Shown here: one piece after another, positions 1 to 11,800 of the stretch | Layout: each line of letters begins with the position of its first letter | Position numbering within the stretch: the stretch's first letter is position 1 | Assembly (NCBI GenBank): GCA_905178155.1 | Contig: CAJINV010000009.1 | Coordinates: forward strand, 3,094,768-3,158,767 | DNA length: 64,000 bases | From: Amoebophrya sp. A120 | Taxonomy: Eukaryota > Protista > Dinoflagellata | Direction: 5' to 3' | Translations under genes and position numbers: made by a program | The notes under the pieces: model-generated | What the model saw: only the letters and a program-made list of their open reading frames with translations | Told to the model about the DNA's origin: nothing | Database searches by the model: none

Positions 1-1091
1 TCTGGCCGCGGCTTTGCTCCGTGTCCCCGTGCCAGTTTGCGCGAGAAACCGGGCACCGCCCTCGCCCAATTCTGGGGGGGGAGCGGCTTTGCTCGCTCCA
101 TGTGCCAGCGCGGCGGAAGCGGTTCTGGCCGCGGCTTTGCTCCGTGTCCCCGTGCCAGTTTGCGCGAGAAACCGGGCGCCGCCCTCGCCCAATTCTGGGG
201 GGCAGCGGTTTTGCTCCGTGTGCCAGTGCGGCGGAGAAGGGTTCTGGCCGCGGCTTTGCTCCGTGTCCCCGTGCCAGTTTGCGCAAAAACCCGGGCAAAG
301 CCCTCGGTCGCCCAATTCCGGGGGGGCAGCGGTTTTGCTCCGTGTGCCAGTGCGGCGGAAGCGGTTCTGGCCGTGGTTTTGCTCCGTGTCCCCGTGCCAG
401 TTTGCGCGAGAAACCGGGCACCGCCTTCGCGCGCCCAGTTGATTCTGCGATGCTTCGGGCCACGATTTTGCTTCATGTCTCCGTGCCCTTTCCCGCGCGA
501 GACCCCACCGACCGGGCAGCGCCTTGCTTCGCCCAATTGACAGACTGGGGGAAGCTTCTGGCCGCGGTTTTGCTCCGTGTCCACGTGCCAGCTTGCGCGA
601 GAAACCGGGCACCGCCTTCGCCCTTTTGTATGTACTCCGGGAAGCTTCTGGCCATGGTTTTGCTCCATGGCCCCATGCCAGTCTGCGCGAGAAACCGGGC
701 ACCAGCCACCTTCGCCCAATGTATTCTGGGGAGCTTCCGGCCGCGGTTTTGCTCCGTGCCCCCATGCCATTTTGCGCGAGGAACTTACTAACCGGGCGCC
801 GCCTTCGCCCTTTTCATTCTGGAAAGCTTTCGGCCCCGGCTTTGCTTCGTGCCCCCGTGTCAATTTGCGCGAGAAACAAACCGGCCACCGCCTTCGCCCG
901 GTGGATTTACTCCGGGAGGGAACCCTCTGGCCGCGGCTTTGCTCTGTGTCCACATGCCGGCTTGCGCGAGAATTCCGGGCACCGCCTGCGCCCAATGAAA
1001 TATGGGAAGCGGCAAAAGCCTGGCGCCGGTTTCGCTAGCTGCTAGATGAAGGCCGGCCTGCTGTCTTGCGCGGTTTTGCTGCGTGCCCCCA
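1..1091. repeat. GC-rich degenerate tandem repeat (unit core GCGGYTTTGCTCCGTGTCCCCGTGCCAGTTTGCGCGAGAAACCGGGC)
   Basis: Core recurs about every 90-120 bp. Repetitive shadow ORFs occur in several frames. Confidence 0.9.
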
Positions 1092-1792
1092 TATGAACGG
1101 ACAGAATACAAAAGCCTGCGCATGCTTTCTGGCTCTACTTCTAGATACTTCTAGAAGTAGAGCCGCCAGCCCATACTTTTAGCAGTAGACCCAACGCGAC
1201 ACTATACCCCACCGGTACGCAGAAAAGCGGCAAAATTTTGCACATGATCCACGCCTTACGCCTAGAAGGGGAAGGGGATGGCATAGAGCCAGCAGTCGAA
1301 GCTCTGGCGGTTGACTCGGCCCTCTGCCGGACTTACCTATCTCGCGACCGCTCTTACTGCTGCCAGGTTCATCGTCTAGAATCATTCTAGACACGTGGCG
1401 AAATCTCCGGAAGCTCTTGGCTTTTCTAGGAAATTGCACCACTTTGCTAGAAAAAGGCCAGAAAATTGAAAAATTTGGAGCATTTCCTAGAAGGATTCTG
1501 GATCAGCTTACCACTTGCCGCCTTTTCTTAGTGCCCAATCGGACACCTGGCCCCCTTGGCCCCAGGGGGATCATTGGAGACGGCCAGCGCGGCAAACGCC
1601 GTCCAGTGTTTGTTAGCGCCTTGGGCACTGGCGTTGGTGCAGAAGGTTTTGCACCTGGAAAATATCCGAAAGTCGCTGCTCGGCTAAGGGCGCGGCGGCC
1701 CTGAGAAGGTGCAGCGACGCCTTCTACTTCTAGAAGTTTCTAGAAGTACAGCTAGAAAGCATACGCAGGTTTTTGTATTCTGTCCATTGATA
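1092..1792. mobile_element. Non-autonomous DNA transposon (MITE), ~70-bp TIRs, 8-bp TSD TGCCCCCA; hAT-like
   Basis: TATGAACGGACAGAATACAAAAGCCTGCG... at the left is the reverse complement of ...CGCAGGTTTTTGTATTCTGTCCATTGATA at the right. TGCCCCCA occurs at 1084-1091 and 1793-1800. Confidence 0.85.
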
Positions 1793-3600
1793 TGCCCCCA
1801 TGCCGCAAAGCGTAAAAAAATGGGCGCCGGCTTCGCTTGCTTCCAAGAAGCCAGCCGCGAGGCCTTTCGGCGTGGTTTTGCTCCGTGCCCCCATGCGGGA
1901 AAGGAAGCGGCAAAAACCTGGCGCCGGTTTCGCTAGCTGCTAGAAAGCCACCCGCAAAGCTTTTCGGCGCGGTTTTTCTCCCTGCACCCATGCGGAAAAG
2001 CGCCAAAAAATGGGCGTCGGCAGGCTTCGCCTGCTTCCACAAACTGAACCGGGAGGCTTTTCGGCGTGGTTTTGCTCCGTGCTCCCATGCGGGAAACCGG
2101 CAAAAACCTGGCGCCGGTTTCGCTAGCTGCTGAAAAGCCAACCGCACAGCTTTCTCGCGCGGCTTTGCCCCGTGCCCCGGAAAACAAAGCGGCAAAAGGC
2201 TGTTTATAAAAATAAAGTCCCCCATGCGGAAAACAAAGGGCGGGAAAAGATAGACGCCGGCTCCGCTTGCTTCCAAAAAGCCAGCCCGCCGCGACGCTTT
2301 TTGGCGGTGTTCCGCTCCGTGCCCCCATGCAGGAAAGTGGCAAAAACCTGGCGCCGTTTTCGCTAGCTGCTAGAAGGCCGACCGCAAGGCCGCGCGGCGC
2401 GGTTTTGTTCCGTGCCCCTATGCGGAAAAGCGCCAAAAAATGGGCGCCGGCTTCGCTTGCTTTCAAAAAGCCAGCCGGGAAGCTTTTTGGCGTGGTTTTG
2501 CCCCGTGCCCCCATGCGGGACAACGGCAAAAACCTGGCGCCGGCTTCGCTAGCTGCTAGAAAGCCAACCGCAGCGCTTTTTTGCGCGGTTATGCCCCGCG
2601 CCCCCATGCGGTAAAGCGTGAAAAAATGGGCGCCGGCTTCGCTTGCTACCAAAAACCGGCCGCGAAGCCTTTTGGCGTGGTTTTGCCCCGTGCCCCCATG
2701 CGGGAAAGTTGTAAAAGCCTGGCGCCGGTTTCGCCAGTTGCTAGAAAGCTAAGCGCAAAGCTTCTCGGCGCGGTTTGTCTCCGTTCCCCCATGCGGAAAG
2801 CGCCAAAAAATGGGCGCCGGCTTCGCTTGTTTTCACAAAGCCAGCCGGGAGCGAGGCCCCAAGCTTTTTGGCGCGGCTTTGCTCCGTGGCCCCATGCGGC
2901 AAAGCGTGGCAAAATGGGCGCTGGCTTCGCTTGCTTCGCTCATCCAAAAAGCCAGCCGCGGCGCTTTGTGGTATGGTTTTGCTCCGTGCCCCAATGCGGG
3001 AAGGCGGCAAAACTCTGGCGGCGGCTTCGCTAGCTGGTAGAAAGCCAGCCACAAAGCTTTCCGCTTCTGGTGCCCCATGCGGAAAAGCGCCAAAGCATGG
3101 GCGTCGGCTTCGCTTGCTTCCAAAAAGCCACGCGCGAAGCTTTTTGGCGTGGCTTTGCTCCGTGCCCCCATGCGGGAAAGCGGCAAGAACCTGGCGCCGG
3201 CTTCATTCGCTAGCTGCCAGAAGGCCAGCGGCAAAGCTTTCCGGCGCGGTTTTGCTCCGTGCTCCCATGCGGAAAAGCGTGAAAAAATGGGCGCCGGGTT
3301 CGCTTGCTTTCAAAAAGACAGGCGCGAGGCTTTTCGGCGTGGTTTTGCTCCGTGCCCACATGCGGGAAAGCGGCAAAAACCCGGCGCCGGCTTCGCTAGC
3401 TGCTGGAATGAAAGCCAGCGGCAAAGCTTTCTGGCGCGGTTTTGTTTCGTGCCCCCATGCGGAAAAGCGTGGAAAAATGAGCGCCGGCTTCGCTTGCTTC
3501 CGTCCGAAAAGCCGGCCGCGCAGCTTTTTTGCGTGGTTTTGCTTCCTTCGTGTCCCCATGCCAATCCCCGCGAGAAACCGGGCGCCGCCTTGCTGCGCCC
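1793..3600. repeat. Satellite, ~93-bp monomer with alternating A/B variants (~186-bp dimer)
   Basis: The YATGC anchor recurs at 2326, 2419, 2512, 2605, 2697 and 2790. Units alternate AAATGGGCGCCGGCTTCGCTTGC and AACCTGGCGCCGGTTTCGCTAGC. Confidence 0.9.
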
Positions 3601-3635
3601 AGTGTTTTGCGTTTTGTCGCCGCCTTTGCATTTGG

Positions 3636-3889
3636 TGATCAGCTGCTTCGATATGTGTGGGTCTGGAAGCGTCCAGCTTTAATTTGTGGCGGCTCATGCA
3701 AAATATGCATGACGAACAAAATTGGGCTCATGCAAAATACGCGGGACAAAGTGGATCACGCAAAATATGCATAAAAAAGTGGACCACGCACAATATGCGT
3801 GACAAAGTAGCCTGCATCATAGTGGATCAGGCCAAATATGCATGACAGACCTGGGCTCGTCCAGACCCAGACCTATCGGCCAAGGATAT
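3636..3889. mobile_element. Degenerate family-A-like TIR element with internal ~30-bp tandem repeats
   Basis: GTGTGGGTCTGGAA ... TCCAGACCCAGAC ends, internal GCAAAATAYGC...AAAGTGGAYCAC repeats, no clear DR. Confidence 0.45.
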
Positions 3890-4267
3890 CGCATCGGCTG
3901 GAGTCGGGTAGAGTCGGGTCAGGTCACTTTGCCTTTCCCGAGCTATTTGCCCGACTTTACCCGACTCAAAACCTACCCTGGACCCGACTTTTGCCCGACT
4001 CTTCACCCGACTCCACAGCTCGTGTTTGTTTTTTTCCCCGAGCTGTATCGGTCGGTTGAGGAGTCGGGTTGAGTCGGTTCCTGGGTCGGTTCCTGGGTAG
4101 GCTGTACCCCCCCCTTCTTAAATCCACTGTCCCCTCGTGTTACCTACCCCGGAACCTACCCTGGAACCTACCCTGGAACCAGGGTAGGAATGCCAATTTT
4201 GGCTAGTTGCTGCAGTTTCAATAGTAATCTCGCGATCTCCCAGACCCAGACATATTTGCATTTGATA

Positions 4268-5349
4268 GAACATCCTCCTGGTCAAATCATTGAGCCAGCC
4301 CAGCCGCTTCGTGTGCCCGCACATGGTGATGCCGTCGGCCTCGTTGTACCCACACATGACGGCCTGGCTGCCGCCCGCGAGCCCGGCCACGAAGGGCTTG
4401 ACGTACAGCTCCATACTGGCCTCCATGGGCACGACGGCGTTGGAGGCGCCGGTGTTGCGCCCCCGCTCCCAGTCGTTGTTGTCGTAATGCTTAAGCGTGG
4501 ACAGCTGGGCCTGACTGGTGATGCCCCGCACCACCGCGTCCGCGTGCCACGCACCCACGACCGGGTCCTCGCAGCCGAGGTACTCGAAATTACGCCCGTT
4601 CCGCGGGTGGTGGTGCAGCTGTACGCCGGGCCCGAGAATGACGTGGCTATGAGACTACACAACCCCCCCCTAAGCCTAACCTTTCATTCGTGTAAGTAAT
4701 TGCAGGAACAGCAATACAAACACCACCTCACCACAAGTGGAGCCTGTGCATGACATTAAATTGATGCACCTAGAGCAGTACTGTTTGAGCTCCCGGACGA
4801 ATCTGTCATGCATAAATAGAATTGACGCAGGGGAGCGATTGGAGTTGAGATTTTGCATGAGAGATGAGCGCGAGGGGGAGTAGTTGTGCACTCTCATAAT
4901 GGCTGCCATGGTGCGCGAAGGTTTTCGCCAGGGCAATGCCGTACATCATGCTGTACTCGTAGTCGAAGGAAAACCCGACTGCCCCGCCGGAGGGGAACGA
5001 GATAGCCTTGCTATTCATCCCGCTCGGCGCCCCGTTGTAGCCGCCCGTCCGAAACTCTCGGCACAATCGAAATACCTCCGCGCGCGCGAGCCAACAAAGC
5101 CGTCTTCACCGCCACCGTCGCTGTCTCTTGCTTGCCTTTGATGTCCGTCTGAACAACAGACCCGCCGTCTTTCTTGGACAGTTTTAACTTCTTGTTCCCG
5201 GAAGCGGCAGACGCCTGTTGCGTTCCAGTCGTGAAAAACAGCGGGAAAAGAAGGTGGAGCAGCACTACAAACGGGCTAGAAATAAATGGGAAAGCGGGTC
5301 GCCGGAAGTTGTGCGCCCCGAAAGCGCGCTGCCTTTGCTGGGTCAACAT
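4268..5349 (-). CDS. Glycoside hydrolase family 3 (beta-glucosidase-like), N-terminal exons; possibly a pseudogene
   Basis: Spliced translation gives AISFPSGGAVGFSFD...HVILGPGVQLHHPRNGRNFEYLGCEDP...KHYDNNDWE...ELYVKPF...VMCGYN, which are GH3 motifs. There is an apparent frameshift near 5045 (SDG/GYNG). The 3' part lies beyond a family-A TIR ending at 4267. Confidence 0.75.
4648..4898. mobile_element. Introner (family F) in GH3 gene
   Basis: TIR TATGAGACTACACAAC / GTTGTGCACTCTCATA; DR GTGGC/ATGGC; removal gives HGSHVILGPG. Confidence 0.85.
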
Positions 5350-6454
5350 TTTTGAGTTTTTCCAATAGAACACAATAAGCTCAAGACGCCCTTCTGCGAA
5401 AAAAATCTAAAACGTTCAACACGTGCCTAGATATAATTAAGGAAGCTCTTGCAAGAAATTCTTTACTGGCATAAACTAGCACGACGAGAAACTAGACAGA
5501 AGAGCGGCCGAGAGCTTTCTTACAGCACATTGTTTGATTTGTACGTGCTAGACACACGTTGTAGCATACGCTTCCGTGGCCTTCAATTGATATAAGACAA
5601 AAGTAGACATCACGACCGAAATAAAAGCCACAGAAAATTAGAATTACTTACCCACATTATAAGCGCGACGACTGACAACCAACGATGAATTATTCCACGA
5701 CTTCTTTATCTTTTGCGAACAAGTGCATCAACGAAATGGGACGAGGTTCTTTCGGTATTCATTTCCCGTGGAGCAGACTGCACTTCTCCTAACACGAACA
5801 ATTCACGAATTTGATTCTAACAGGTGATCTTCCGGGACATCAGGATGAAAATAATAATAACTATTCAGAAATGAGTCATCGGTGGCCTATATATATAATC
5901 TATAGGAGGGCTCTTAGAAAATTTTTCTAAGAGAAATTGCTTAGGCGGTACCTCTTAAGAAGGTGTCTTAAGAGCGAAGCTCTGTTAAAAAGCAAAGCTG
6001 CAAAACCGCAACCCCAACACTCTAGGTTTAGAAAGTGCCTCAGCAAACTTCGCTGTGGCACTGTGGGGACCAAAAATCCTGCATGCGCGTCCTCCACGCG
6101 GGCGGTCCCTGGGAATGTTGCAACGCCGCAACATTGCAAACAGCCGCGACACTGCTTTCGGATCTCGAAGTCTCTTCGAGGCTTTCGTTTTTTGGCGGCG
6201 TGTCGGTTCCCGGCTGATGCATGCAGGTACCGGGGTAGGGAGACCATGAACTGTGTACACTGGTGAAAAAGGGTAATAAAGATGAGAGTCGGTATTGTTT
6301 GTACGAGTGACACAGGGGAGACCCCTGATAGCAAACGCGGCCAGGCTTCAAGCGGAAAAATGTTTCGGTCTTGTTTCTGCGGGTGAGCAAGGGCGGCACA
6401 AATTTCAATCGGTAGAGCAAGGGATCTTCTTCAAGCACCTCTCGCCCACCGGCG

Positions 6455-7021
6455 GTGCCCGAAGTGCGGATATTTCCCAATGAACAGATCGGAGGCTCTT
6501 CTTCCAGCACTTCTCGCCCACCCGTTTCTAATAGCGCCAGCAACAATACTTTTTCTCTTCCTACCGCGCATGAAAATGCCAGCGCGTCAACTGCACCTCC
6601 GGGCTTCTCACTACCAAACATCAATGCGAAACGAGTTAGGGGGAAAGGCGGAGGCAAAGGAGGAGGCAAAAAAGGGAAAAGGAGCCACGGCTTTGAGAAC
6701 GGGGGCAAGCCAGCCCGTGTAAATGTACCGCAACCGCTACGACGGGGGCAGGAGCTACACAACAAGTACATGGGCACAATCCGCTGGCTCGAATGTGATT
6801 GCGGCGTGCCTTACTTAGAGAGCTGCGCCTACACGGAAGATGTGAAGAGTTACTGTCTTTATTGTGCGCAAAAACCCCACCACCCCACCCCCACATCAGG
6901 CAGAAAATATGTGATGCTGGATTTGGATACGGAACAAGCTAGAAAAGCAACAAGCGCATTTGTTGCGTTGTTTGCAGGCACTTTGTCATGCTGTTTTTCC
7001 ATCTTTTCCTTTCCGGCATGA
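6455..7021 (+). CDS. Hypothetical protein with G/K-rich tract and CxC...CxxC putative Zn-binding motif
   Basis: ORF contains GKGGGKGGGKKGK and WLECDCG...YCLYC. Start is uncertain. Confidence 0.4.
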   Translation: MPEVRIFPNEQIGGSSSSTSRPPVSNSASNNTFSLPTAHENASASTAPPGFSLPNINAKRVRGKGGGKGGGKKGKRSHGFENGGKPARVNVPQPLRRGQELHNKYMGTIRWLECDCGVPYLESCAYTEDVKSYCLYCAQKPHHPTPTSGRKYVMLDLDTEQARKATSAFVALFAGTLSCCFSIFSFPA

Positions 7022-7387
7022 CAACGTGGCTCGTGCGTCACAATTTGATTCTAACAGGTGATCAGCATCAGGGACATCAGGATGAAAATATTTTTATGAC
7101 GATCAGAAACTGTGGTTCGTTTTACATATATGATGGCTGAAAATTGCCGTCCCCACATCGTGTGGGGCCCATCGTTTTGGGCTTTTTTTGAGAGAGAGCG
7201 TAAGAGCGTAGATAGGAAGCTGCTAATTAGTCTTTTTTCATCCTAAGCAGCAGTAGAAAAGAATGAAAAGCGTGGTCCTCGTTTCCTCCTGTGAATCTTC
7301 TCGACCAGAGGCTGTGGCCTTGGGCTGGCCCCCGGACCGAGCGCAGATCCTTCACGCAATGGAGTAGACATTGGGAGGTGGAACGAG

Positions 7388-8176
7388 ATGTATGTGAAAG
7401 GAGGAGGAAAACCCCACTTCCAACAGTGGCCGACCGGGCCTCCGGGAGCTGGGAAGGGACAAGTAGGGCAACAACCTCCAACCTACAACCAGCCGGGGCC
7501 ACCTAACACATACCCACCCAACCAAAGCCTCCAGCCCCAACAGAACCAGCAGCTGCAGCATCCGGGACAGCCTTTTGGTTCTCTGCCACAACAACAATGT
7601 TTCGCTCCGCAGCCGCTGGAGCAGGTACCTGGTGGTGTAGTCGGCCAATGGCAGCAGCAGCAAGGTGGGACACAACTACCACAACAACAGGGTGGTGGCG
7701 TTGGTATCGGAGGACAATTAGGTATGTCGCCGGGCGTCCCACAGCAAGGTCTACAGCCCTCTCCTCCGCCCCCGCCGCAAAATTGGAATCAGCTCCAGTC
7801 CGCACCCATTATCAACCAACAACAACTGCCGCCTCCGCTTGCCTCCCCCCCAGCCAGCTTGCAGGACCACCTCTTCGCACAGCCCTACCAACAACAATTT
7901 GGGACGCAGCCTCCCGGCACGAACATGTGGAATACCCAGCCCACACCAATGGCTCCCGGTCCCCAGACACAACAGCTGCAGCCGTCGCCATGCTTTGCGC
8001 AGCAGATGCAACATGGACAAGGAGGGCAACTACAACAGGGGTGCGCAGGAGGGCAACAACAACCGCAACTGCAGCACGACAAGCTGGTGCAGATGTTGGA
8101 GTCGTTGCAGGAGAAGCAGATAGCTTTCCCGCTGGTAAGCAGGTCGAACCTTTTGGGGGACGATTCTAACAGGTGA
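7388..8176 (+). CDS. Hypothetical Q/P/G-rich (prion-like) protein
   Basis: 262-aa ATG ORF with strong Q/P/G bias. A possible GTAAGC...CTAACAG intron at 8135-8172 would extend it. Confidence 0.5.
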   Translation: MYVKGGGKPHFQQWPTGPPGAGKGQVGQQPPTYNQPGPPNTYPPNQSLQPQQNQQLQHPGQPFGSLPQQQCFAPQPLEQVPGGVVGQWQQQQGGTQLPQQQGGGVGIGGQLGMSPGVPQQGLQPSPPPPPQNWNQLQSAPIINQQQLPPPLASPPASLQDHLFAQPYQQQFGTQPPGTNMWNTQPTPMAPGPQTQQLQPSPCFAQQMQHGQGGQLQQGCAGGQQQPQLQHDKLVQMLESLQEKQIAFPLVSRSNLLGDDSNR

Positions 8177-8823
8177 TCTTCCGGGACATCAGGATGAAAC
8201 TATTTTATGACGATCAAACATGTTGTGATTGTTCAATGAGATTCTTTTGCGTCCGCCGAGACGGGACCCATACGGGCGAATTTACCTATACACAGCGCGG
8301 GAAGAATACATGAACCAACCTAAGACAAAAATCCATCCATACAGACAAGCACACGATTTTTTTGATTTGAAGATGGTACGCCCGGGCGCGCAAGTTCCGC
8401 ACTTCTGATGGTGCAGCACGAGCACTCCCGCCAGTTCCGCACTTCTGACGAACACGACCGCAGAGAAGTAAACGCAGCGTCCTCTAGTGCGCAACACGAC
8501 TTCTTCTCGGTGAAAACAAGTTAATACTTGTTTCGAAAAAATCCTCCTGGTCAACATTTTTCCTCTTGCATTCGTGACCTAAAAACATAATCGAGAAAAC
8601 ATCACATTTGGTAAGCTGTTTATCAGTTCCCGGGACCGTAGTTCTCAATGGCGCTGCGGCGGTACAACTGACCAAAACCACGATGTCTTTCTCTAGCAAG
8701 TCCGCTCAGAACAACATCACCACAGTCTGAACCAGAAAGCACTAAGTACTATCCCACCCGATGGCCGGCGCGCGCTTCGGGAAATAAACCTCTAGGATTT
8801 TCATTTTTTCACTTCAACCACTT

Positions 8824-11800
8824 TCAGAACTGAATGTCCCGGCTGGGACTGGAGGAGTTCTCGGGGGGTATGCCGTTCGTGTCTTTATAGTAGTGCTGCA
8901 ACAGCTGCACGTGCCTTTTTTTCGCTACAATAGAGATGTCCTTAAAGGAGCTGTAGGCGAGGAGGAGGTAGAACTGCTCCAGCATGTTGGCCCGGGATCC
9001 GTGCCGAACCTGATCGTAAAGAACTGTGAGATTTGGATTTCTTATGTCCCGTGCGGCACTATCTCCATTCTGCTCTACTTCGCCAAGTGCATCGTCGCCG
9101 AACAGGCCCTCCATGCCCTCCAGACACTCCTTTTCCTTGTCAAAATCGCCCATCGCTTCTATCAAAGTGAAAAATTCCCCCTCCTCGTATTGAAGCGGGG
9201 TTTTCTGTTGCTGGATTTGTGTACACAAATCAGCTCTGTCTTGCAGTGAGGCACTGCAGGCAGAGCCTAGGCCTGCCTAGGAGTATTTTGGTGTAGGTGC
9301 TTAGCATAGCAGAGGCCTGCCATGTAGCCGCAACAGCATTGCAAACCGCCTGCATAATGCGGCGGATTCTTTGGCTTTGCCCTCTTGCAAGAGAGACAGG
9401 ATTTGTGGTCACAAATCAGCATCACAAATTTATTTGAGAAGCATACCTTATTTTCAGTATGGGGAGGGGAAATTTTTCTTCACAATAGCTTCGTCCAGAA
9501 GCCACACGTACTCCTCCACCTGGAGCCGGAGTTTTTTGTACTCCTCCACCGTTTTTGCCTTGCGCCGACTCGCCGTCTTCGCACCCGCATTGTTGTACTT
9601 CGACAGAACGCTCCCTATGCATTGCAAAGGTATCGCACTGGTAGAAATCGCATCACAAATTTTGGCGAGACAACAAAACGTATAATTTGTGATGCTGACG
9701 AACCTTGGAAGAAGTATTTGTCTTGCATGACTGCGATTTATATGCGATACTTTTGCAGAGCATACGCCCGGACTCGTCGCGAATCGTGTGCACCGACCTG
9801 GCCGCTTTCGCATCGATGTTGATAGCGTCATAGGGATTGTACAAATTCTTTCGCGGAGGTACAAGTCTCGTATTTCCGCTGCTGGCAGGTTCGGTTTCGA
9901 GTGTTCCCTCCGTTCCCCGAGGGGACGTCGTGTCGTCGGTGTTAACATCTTTATTTTCTGCATTACTTACAGTGGAAGATAAAGCCGCAGAAGATTTATT
10001 CCCCCCGACCACAAGGTTATCGTGAGAAGAAACTGTTTCACTGTAAGCTTGTGATGCATAGAACGGAACGCAACTGTGTTTGTCTTGCTACACATGCAAG
10101 ACATTGGATTTTTAGCTGCGTTTTCCCTTGGGAAGCACGCATGCCAAGTTTTCTTTGTCATGTGTAACAAACTTGTGATGCAGATCTTGCAAAATCATCA
10201 ATGTGAAACAGTTTTTTCTTGCGATAAAGGTCCGGCAAAGTGTAAAAGATCCGCATCTCGTCCTGACAGGGCTCTTGGCACGCCAGGATCTTCACCGTGC
10301 CTGTGTCAGGAGGATCTTTTATCCAAAAAAAAACGTTGTTAGTGTAAATTTGTGATGCGCAGCATGCAAGATGATTGCGTCTGTCATGCTAGGGATGCAT
10401 CGTCGGGTCCATTAAAAGGCGTTTTCACGTACTATCTGCGCATGACAGGTTTTTGCTGTCATGCCAGACAAATTTGTAATGCTGTTCCTCCAAAAAAGTT
10501 ACACCTACAATGTTTTTTTCTTGGATATCTTTCTCCCGTCCGCTAGCATTCGAACCCCGAAGGACCGCTATGGATTGCAAAAGTGTCTGGGTCTGGAAAC
10601 TTGTAATGCTGAAAGGTCATGATTGACTGTGCCTGTAAGTGCAGCGCAGCATGACAAATAAGTCAAACGCTTTCTCATGCCGCGCAGAACGCAGTACAAA
10701 CTGCGCTTTTGCATGACGAAAGTGCGGTGCTTTATTTGCTGCTTATGCAAGACAGATTTTTTAGGAATGCGAAACATGCAATACAGATTCAACCGTCCAG
10801 ACCCAGACATATTTGCATTTGATAACCGCCTCCATTTCGCAGGTCCTGCATTTGCCCTGCCGGCAGTCCAGGTGGATGGGCACGTTGAACTTTTCGAAAA
10901 CCTGTATCAAATGTAAAAATGTCTGGGTCTGGAAGATTCTGACACTTGTCATGCACGTTTTGCATGAGCCATGACGTCTGTGATGCATACCCTAGCAATA
11001 CAGATTTCTTGAGGGCTTCTTGATGCCTATTCCGCATGACAAATGCCTGCTCAGCGTAGCAAAAATTGCATTCCCTTTGGTACTCATGCAATACAGATTT
11101 TTTTGGAATCTAAATGCAGCATCACAAGTTGCATTCTTCCAGACCCAGACACTTTTACATTTGATAACCTGGCTCACCGTGCAATCCTTGTAGGGAATCG
11201 GGTACGGGACGTCATTATCAAATGCAAAAATGTCTGGGTCTGGAATGTTTCCAGGTTTGTCATGCATATTTTGCTTGACCCAGGATGTCTGTAATGCACG
11301 ACCTAGCGTCGCAGATTTTTAGAGGGTTCCTGACGCCTACTCCGCATGACAAATGCCCTCCCCGCGTAGCACAAACCAGACTCCTCTTGCTGGTCATGCA
11401 ATACAGATTTTTCTAGAGTCCAAAGTTAGCATCACAAGTTCCAACCTTCCAGACTCAGACGCTTTTGCATTTGATAGTCATTGATGAAAATCTTTTGCGG
11501 TGGTGACGAGGAGGAGGACGAGGAGGAAGCTGGCGTTGAATAGCGCCGCAACTGGTGTTCTTGTCGGGGAAGGTGGCGTTCTGCGGCACTTAGACCCGTC
11601 CAGGAATTGGCGCCAGTAGTGACCTATCAACTGTAAAAATGTCTGGGTCTGGAAGAATGCAACTTGTGATGCGTGTTGCGGATCATACAAAAATCTGTGT
11701 TGCATGACTTGCAAAAGGTCCCCATTTCTCGCCATGCTGAGAGGGCATTTCCCATGCATAATGGGCATCACCAAGGGGCTGCAGAGCCTGTGATGCTAGG

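Larger units (their letters stand above)
5808..8216 (+). repeat. Three dispersed copies of GATTCTAACAGGTGATC..GGGACATCAGGATGAAA (5808-5853, 7042-7105, 8162-8216)
   Basis: Direct sequence comparison; spacing about 1.1-1.2 kb. Confidence 0.9.

Noticed and set aside
14-3697. Long overlapping ORFs in the first 3.7 kb
   Set aside because: Stop-poor GC-rich satellite with repetitive translations in several frames.
5813-5850. Hammerhead ribozyme in the repeated module
   Set aside because: The reverse strand has CTGATGT rather than CTGANGA and lacks the required GAAA/stem arrangement.
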